Below are positions 28,401 through 37,400 of a DNA stretch of 38,045 nucleotides, piece by piece (within the stretch, counting starts at the first letter, position 1; every line of letters starts with the position of its first letter). The notes under the pieces are model-generated. The model saw nothing but the letters and a program-made list of their open reading frames with translations, was not told where the DNA came from and searched no databases. Location of the stretch: contig CAXNAD020000036.1 in the NCBI GenBank assembly GCA_964200185.2, positions 1-38,045 of the forward strand. Direction: 5' to 3'. Position numbers and translations under genes: made by a program. This DNA is from Choristocarpus tenellus KU-1152 (Eukaryota > Protista > Phaeophyceae).

Positions 28401-31400
28401 GATGCTTCTGCAAATATCAGTGAGGTACTACTCTCATAGCACATGTTGCTTTCACAAACTAATCAAACTTCACAATAGTTCAGAGTCTTTGTAGTACTTT
28501 GCAAATTGTGGAGTGTTAGGTAGCACATAGTGAACTACAGTGATTTTTGGGAAATCTTTTGACAAGGAAGAGGGATCCAGACGCCTCAACCAACCTGCTA
28601 TCTGAGTCAAAGTATCTTAGACGGTAGAGTCGTGTCCTTTTGGGGGTCAACATCCGATGTTGCGATTGTGATGTAATTTTGCTATCGTATTTGATAGGAA
28701 GTATCAATATCCTTGTTCTGGACACACCTTTTCATAACGTATACATTTTACCTACTTTGAAACATTTTGGAGTAGAAAATGCCATAAAAAAACCCATGGT
28801 AAGCCAAGCCCCAAACGGACAAACAGGGCAAAACTTGTACCCTAACCCTAAGATACTTTCACTCATCTACAGTTTGTTTATCCATGATCTCAATATTTCA
28901 GGTTCAGCAGCTGATTGTGGCTTCTGAAGATATTTCTACACTTTCTGGAACCTTCATGCTCCGGCATGGCTTTCATTTTTCTGAACCTGTTCCATTTAAT
29001 GCTACTGCAAAGGAGGTGAGTTGCAGTCCTTGCAATAGCAAAAAGTGAGTGCCAAGATAAGAAAGAAATAATGTACAGAGACACAGCCTTGTTTTATGAC
29101 ATTTTGAAACCTGGAACACACAATTTGCAGCAATTGAACTCTCTGTCTTCTCCATTTCCCATGTGCTGTCCTCCATTCCTGTGTGTGATATATCTCAGAT
29201 CGAGGGAGCATTGGGTGGCATTCCAAGTCTAGGGGGTGCGATAGTCCAACGAAGAGATATTTTTGATTCTGTTCTTGGAATAGAGGGAACAGTCTATAAC
29301 ATTACAATGGCCTACGTGATTGGTGATGTTGCTTCATTGGTGGTGGTAACAAGCTCTCTTAGGGGTCTTGGTCTAAACACTTCAGTGGTAGAGGTAAGGA
29401 TACTGTGACTGTGGTTGAAATGTTCATTGCAGTCACAATGAAGAATACCTTCCCAACATGTACCCTTAGGTGCTTGTCCAATCAACAGATTTTCAAATTT
29501 TGATTGGTTCTCCACTCAATAATAGATTATTCCTCTTGCAGGGACTCTATCGTCTCTCACTCAAGTATCACTGTGCCGGAAACAGATTATGGTGTCTTTG
29601 CCATACCCAGCTCTTCTTGCCTTTGCTATTTGAGCAGATCAGTAGTTGTGCCTACCTGGGACTCCTTAGCAGCCTAGCAACATGTTTGAACAAATCTACA
29701 TATGTCATATTGGTGTAGATCATACTGAATTCTGCAGCTTGATTTTATTATTAAACCTAAAACTTCTTTCAGAAACGAACCTGAAGTCAAGCAGGGTATC
29801 TGTATTTGTTTAGTCCCTTCACGGAAAAAATCTTTCTCTTTGCATGTCTTGCAGCTGGTGAAAGGGGTACCCTGTGAAGTTCAGGATGTAGCAGTACATG
29901 GAGCAAAAGGGGGAGAACTCTTTCTCAGCTTCCGTGGGGAAGTTACATGGCCAATACCATGGAATGCACGATCAGCTGATGTGGAGGCTGCACTAGAAGT
30001 GAGAGGATTAAACCAACATAGATTAATATATACCCTGATCAAGCATCGAGGAAGCTGGAGAGCATTGACCTTCCATTCTAGCATGATGTGGGACTATATC
30101 AAGCTTGTCAATTTAAGAATACTGTTGTTTTTCCCCTGAGGATACTCCTGCTCTAATATAGATTGGATTAATTAATGAATGATTGACTTCTGTCCAAGGA
30201 CTATATTTATTGTGAGCATTATGTTGACCTCCTGTCTACATTGTTGAGCAGCACTCAATACAAGCAAGTACTGGAAGCAAATACTGCTCTTCTTCTCTAC
30301 CCCAAAACCTCTCTTGTGGTCGGCACAGGCCCTTGACACAATGGGTGATGTCATGGTCAACCTGACATCGCCAAATTCATATGATGGTCGGACTTGGTCC
30401 GTTGCCTTCATAGGGATTGGTGGAGACATGCCCCTTCTCATGGCAGACTCCTCAGGTTTAACAACTGAGTTTGCTAAGAGATCATCGGAAAATCCTCCAG
30501 ACTCTGCTGTAGTAACGGTAACAGAAGTGCACAAGGGGGCAGCAGAACTTGCTACAGGGGATGTCAATCTCTATTTCGACAGTGATGGAGATGGCATGTA
30601 TGAGAGCCTAGTTGTAGAGGTTATGGCGGAGGCTGATGCTCTGCAAATAGCCCTAAGAAATCTCAGTGGCTTCCTTGAGGGAGCATTGGTTTCAGTGGAG
30701 AATGGAGGAGCAAGAACTAGGAGTGGAGGTGAGAACTGCAGTCTGTGTGTAATAATTGTGCATTAGCTCATATACATCGGAAATAACTATATATGACCAA
30801 AAAAGAAGTTGCAAAGCATACTAAATCAAACATGGCATTGCAGACTGGAAATCCTTGTCTTTAGTTTTTCATGGCATCACCATACACTCTTCCATTTGCA
30901 GGCACTGCTTGGCTTGTCACATTCACGGAAGGCAGGGATCATGAGTCGTTTTACGTGGGGACAGAGGGAATGGGCGGAACATCACCTTTTGCACTCATAG
31001 AGGAGGTAAGACTGCAACCAGCTCAACAAATAAATGGAAGTAGCTGGTCGTCATTCTAGAGTTGGACCTTTTCAGGTGATGAGCTATCAGCTTCACCATA
31101 CTGTTGCAACAGCAACAGCACAAATAATAAGAGAGCATCTCCATGCATGACAGGTGATCAAGGGAACACAGTTTGAGGTGCAGAATGTGACAACAGTGGG
31201 ATCCTCAATGAGTGCAAAACTTGATTCCTTCTTCTTGGGCTTTGATGGAGGTGCGGCACATGAGTTAGCTCTTAGGGGATTCATAATTCAGGTGGCTTTC
31301 TTCCTTAGACTCAATAGAAGAGGCTTGGCTTATGACTGCTAGTGTTTTTGCCTCCCTTGTATATATATGTGCATAATATGTTTGTAGAGAGTTTAATTTG

Positions 31401-34400
31401 GTCATTTTTGAGTGCATGTGATGGTACAGAAATCCTAGGTTCTAGAGTTCCTTTTGTAGCTTTTTCACAGTCAAAAATCAGAAACCGCTGCCAGAATTTC
31501 ATGCCTAGGTCATGACCTCTAAGTCCTGGTCTGGCAAACTGAGATATGCATAAAAAATAATATAGTATGTCCAAAACAACCACAACCCTAACACTAACTT
31601 CTGTCCAACTGTGAATGCCTCGGGGGCTTGGAATGATTGCTAGTTACAACGGATTACTTAGCGGCAAATGCCAGTGCATCAGACATCCGTGCTGCACTGG
31701 AAGCCATTGATTCTGTTGGTGAAGTGAATGTTACAAGAGAGGACCTTGGTGGTCTCCTTTTCACTTGGCTCGTGACATTTTTTAAGCCATCAAGGACTGG
31801 TGACGACATTCCTCTGCTGTATGCTGGGGGGCAGGATCTAACAGGGTCCGGCCTTTCAACCTTGAGTGGTGGAATCAATGTCACACGTGTACAGAAGGGA
31901 ACCCTGAGATCAATATGTGGAGAGGTAAAGTAATAACATAATGCAAATCTCAGTGTCTGGGGAGAATAATTTTTCCCACTGGTGACCTTATGATCACGAA
32001 TCTCAATTGAATGAATAAAGGATTAGTAGTAACACTATTTTTAACTGTTTCCCTACCTTTATGTCATAGGTTGAGGTCAAAAACAAATTGCGGAACTGAC
32101 TATCTGGTAGAATATCTGAGTATGCTTATGTGCCTCTTTTGGGTGGTATGGTTAAGGCTTCTTATAAGACTTGAAATGACTCCTGCTAGATACCAAGTAC
32201 AGTATTCTGGTTCCCCTACTTCTGCACAGTTAAAGATTTCTTTGGGTGGAGGAGAAAACACTTCAGTGACAGTGTATCACAATGCTTCTGAAACAGAGAT
32301 GGAGAAGGCAGTGGAATCTCTACAAGGAGCAGGAGATGTAAAAGTCTCTAGGTCCTCAAATGGAGCAAATGGTCTTGAATCATTCAGGTAGGAAAATATC
32401 AACTTATTGAATAGGCAAGGCGATTCACAGCAACCATATATTTGTATTTTGTATTTGGGTGTTTCTTCTCTGTTTGTATTTCGATCCCATGCGATGACAT
32501 TGGATACTTTCTATTTCCAATAAACTCATCTATTTGTACCTAACTGGATCATGTGCTACATTAGCTAAATTATTATTAATTTCAGAACCGCAACATGCGG
32601 ATTTTCCCTCTTTGGCTGTCTCAGATGGACAGTAACTTTCCTCACCCGAGCTGGAGAGGTCCCGCCCTTATCAGCAAATGACAGTTACTTGACAGCACTA
32701 ACTCTCACTGGGGTAGCTTCAGCTGGTACAACAATATTGCAAGACGGAGCAGGAGTGTGCTGTATTGGTGGCAGTATCACTCTCAGCTTCAATGGCACAG
32801 AACTTGAGGAAATTGACCTTGACAATGGGGAGCTAGATTCAGCCTACTTGCTTCAGCGACTTGATGTTATTACGGAAGGTACGACTATCTCATGTAACTG
32901 AAAATCTGTAGCAAGGGCATTAGAATCAATTGATCATTCTCCTGGTGTACATTATGTAGTTGAGGATTGGACATGGATACTCTGGAGAACAATAATTTGA
33001 AGTTCGTAGGTTCTATGAATGCATGGGAGCCCAAATGAATGTTTGATATGCACATGTCTGATATATCCCTCCACTCTCTTCACAGGAGATGCTTGGGGTC
33101 CAGTAACTGTCAGTTACCATGCATTGATCAACAATGGCTCAACTTGGCTAATCACTTTCGAAGAGTATTCCAATGGTGATGCCCCGCTGCTTGTGGTTAG
33201 CGAAGATAGGGTTTCAAATGGAAAGGCATGGGTTGAGCAGCTGACAAGTGCAGAGCGGCCTGAGGTTCATCGGGTGCTAGTTGCAGCGGATTCAACGCTG
33301 GGATCTAGCAGCATGATAAGGTTGTCCTTGGGCAGCAAGGTTACCCGAGCTGTCAGCATTGATGCTTCGGCCAGTATTGTTCAAAATGTGAGCCTGTGTA
33401 ATGTGCTGTCCATTCTTTCATCCTAAGTGTGCAAGACTTAATACTCGAATTAGTTCATGAGGGTGGTTCGTTTTATAGATGGACCGTGTCCCACAAGAAG
33501 TTCTCAGCTTGTATGAAACTTGAATATGAGTAACTGGTATTCTGATCAGTGCAAGTGCACAAGTACAATAAGTTCATGTTGCGAGCAACTGGATGATATG
33601 CAACGTGTGACTCTCTCTGCCCTCCTATCCAACAAGTGGAGTTGCTAGAAAAATTATAGTGTAATCACTGTGTGGTCAGACTATGACTGAAGTAGACTAC
33701 ACCAATTTGTAGGAAGATGATTTTGATATTCTCTAAGATTGTAGATACTTTCACTTACAGTTTCCCAAAGCGATATTGTAACTGAGTCAAAATAGAGGGT
33801 AGAGCCATGTCCATTTGGGGGCCAAAGTTCCATGTTGTGATTTTGATGTAATTTTGGCTATCGAGTTTGTTAGGAAGTGTTAGTATCCTTGTTCCGGACA
33901 CACCTTTTCACAACATATACATTATACCTACTCCAAAATGTTTTGGAGTAGGTATAATGTCATAAAAAGTCTGAGGGAAGCCAAGCCCCAAACGGACAAA
34001 CAGGGCAAAACTTGTACCCTCTCTTAATAAGAGACTTTCACTCAACTGCTGCTCAATATCTAATCACAATCAAGAAAGGATAAGAAATTGAAACTACTAA
34101 CATCACACATCAATCTTTGTTGATGGTATGAATGCATCCCCAGGCATGTACTAGTGCTCGCTACATCATATCCCTCAGTACAATAATTATGCACAATCTG
34201 ATATGAAGCTTGAGCGATGAACTGCGCACTCTGTACTCTCTATATTGCACATGCGAATATTGTGCATGAATGGGACATAATAGCTCATGTCAACAAAAGG
34301 CTTTTAATAGCACCAAAAAGTCACTGTACATGGAGCGTTGATAAGTTCCTGGAAAGTTACTCTAAAAAAAAGACCTTGAATTACAGCTGTGTTGCTTCTA

Positions 34401-37400
34401 TGCTTCCTTGCTGTGAGTCAGGTAATGCACCAAGATCTTGCCTCTCTTGGAGTGCGGCCTTCCATCAGATCAGTGTCTGCATCAGAACTTCGCATGTCTG
34501 GTGACTACCGTGCATGGGACGTCACATGGACAACGGTCCCTGGCGGTCTTGGCACTGCTGACTTTAGTTGTACAGGAGTTAACTTGACAGCTATGTATAC
34601 AAGTGATGCAAGATGCTTTGTCTCCCATAGGCAATCTGCTACTAGTTCACCCCTATCGGGGGTATTTTCATTATCAACCACTGCTGGTGATACCCCTGAT
34701 CTTGCACACAATGCATCTGCCAATGAAGTGTCTGCGGCGCTTGGAACTCTTTCCATCGTCACCAATGTCTCTCTCATCAATACCCTTCCTGATGGGAAAG
34801 GTGGAGGAACTTACCGCATCACATTCTCGGGAACAGATAAAGAAATCAATCTCCTAGGTGTGATATCAACCTATCTTAATGGAACTGGTGCTACTGCAAG
34901 TACTCATGGTGCCACTCCAGGGTGCAGATGGGGGGGGGATTTTGCTATCTCTTTTGGTGACCTCGAGACAGAAGCTCTCTCTTACAATGCGTCACCAGAC
35001 GAAGTTCTTCATGAAATCCAGAACCTAGGCATTACTGACGAGATTACTGTTGAAAGACAGAGTTTGGACACAGGGTATAGGTGGATGGTAACCTTCCTGG
35101 GAGATCCTGGAGGACCCGTTGATTTGATGAAGGTGAGAAGTCAGTAAGGCGCACGTGTATCTCAACGTCTTACAGATGTGTTACTGCAAGTTGTTAGATC
35201 TCACACAATGTGTGCAACAACATGTATATATATATATAGAGAGAGAGACTCATAACACAAATAAAAAATCACCTTGAATTGATAAAAAAAATAGTCCAAA
35301 ACATAGCTTGCTCACATTTGGATTAATATTTTTTTTCAGAATATTCTATATTGGCAAAACTGTTGATCACAAAAGCTTGTTGCTTGTGCTAATACAGCTT
35401 TTGGATTGAGGCAAACCATTGACTATATCCCAGGAATCCACCCAGGGCGCTCAAACTATCCCCAAAGGCATCCAATATTTTTTCCATGCCTAAAGCGAGT
35501 TTATATCTTGATATTGGTCAGATTTTGTTTTCATGATGGAGAAATGGATGTATCCTAACCTTGAAATTTCACACTTGGAAAATGTGAAACTTTGTGGTGA
35601 TATCTTTTGTTGCTTCTCCACATACACTACACAAGTTTTGGATTAAACATGCTACTCCCCTTTTGAGTTGTCCTGCAATGCGTGCATGTACCCATATTTA
35701 TACACATATCAAAATTTCTAGCACAGTTAGAGTATTTTTATTGTCATGAAGTCATCATAATAATGATATCGGTGTAGTTCTGTTGGCAAGATCAAAAGAG
35801 ATTCACATTGCTTCTAAGGATATTTGCATTCATTCTGTGCACAGGAATCAGATCATGCACGCCCACCAAGAATGCCATTTTTGCAAAAATTCTGAGGGCC
35901 TACATGCAGTACCTTTTTGTATTGTATTGTATTGATTACTTGAATACTAGGCACTCCACACAAATTTTCTGTTGACATTTTCTCTGTTTTTTATATATTT
36001 TCATATTTTGCAACAGAATTCAATTGAGTTAAGTTTGGACGCATATGTCTATACTTCTATATTTGGATATTCCTCCTCACCCAGTTAGTTGCATCATCGA
36101 CAAAGCAGTTGTTCCCGCTGACACACAATGGTCAGGTGGCTTGGGAGGATTTACAAGGCACAGGAAGTCACGCATATGTCTATCATCAGTCCAGCGGACA
36201 TGAGCCTCTGGGTGGAACGTTTTCCCTCTTATATGGTGGCAGTATCACTGTCCCAATTGCGTGGAATGCCACAGCAACTGAAGTAGAAGTTGCTCTTGAA
36301 AATCTCCCTGCTGTGGGTGACGTGCATGTCTCCATTGCTGCACCGGGCTCAAGTTGGGCAATTGAGTTTACAACACTTGGTGCACCGTCAAATCTTGGAA
36401 ACCTTCCACTCCTTGAAGTGGACAGGACTTTCCTTCAGGGGAGTTCAGTGACTGTACAGATTGAGGAATTATCTGCAGGCTGTTGTGCTGTTGAAGTCAC
36501 AGCAAATGGGGGCACAGATTTTTCCGACGATGGGGTATCTTTTGCGTACTTTGAACGTCCTGTTGCTACTGCTGTAATTCCTAGGGCTGGCCCTACTTCT
36601 GGAGGAACCCAGATTGTGGTAATAGGACTAGGGTTTCATCCCCATTCAAAGGCAGAGAATGCTGAACAAGGTGGACTCTCATGCATATTTGGAGGCTTAA
36701 TAGAGACTCAAGCCACACTTATCAACTCAACAGCAGCCAAGTGTGTCACCCCACCAACAGATCGGAGGGGCACCATTACAGTTGCAATGAAGTGGGATGG
36801 TTCAGTTGATTCTTCCTTCAGTATTGCCACCTTCTTATACTTCGATAGCACTTCGATTCAATACATGAAACCCAGTCGATTTTCCAACTATGGTGGCATT
36901 GAGTCCACAGTATATACCTATCAAGGATCGTTCATGGGTGCTGAGGTATCATGCATAGTTGAAGTCAGGATACCCTCCAATCTTACCAAGGTGGGATATG
37001 TGTCCAAGGAGTACACATATGTGGCAACACTACTAGAAACAAATACAACAGAGGCATATCTGTGCCCCATACCAGGGATTGGAGATTTCTTTGACTCTGC
37101 CTCCTCGTGGATTGATGGTGACTGGAGAGCTGCTGGATTCATTAACCTGTCTGGAAATGATGGCCAAGACAAGACAAACCACCTCATCTTCCAATACAAG
37201 CCGCCTGTTCATGTAGATTATGTTGAACCTTCAACTGGGGAATATAGTGGCGGAGTATTAGTCGAAGTTACAGGGTCTGGTTTCCTAGAAGGGGATGAAC
37301 ACAACAGCCTACTTTGCCACTTTGGACATGGGGGTGAGGTCCCTGGTCGTTTTCTGAGCCCAACTAAGATGGAATGTCAAGCACCACCACACGACAACGT

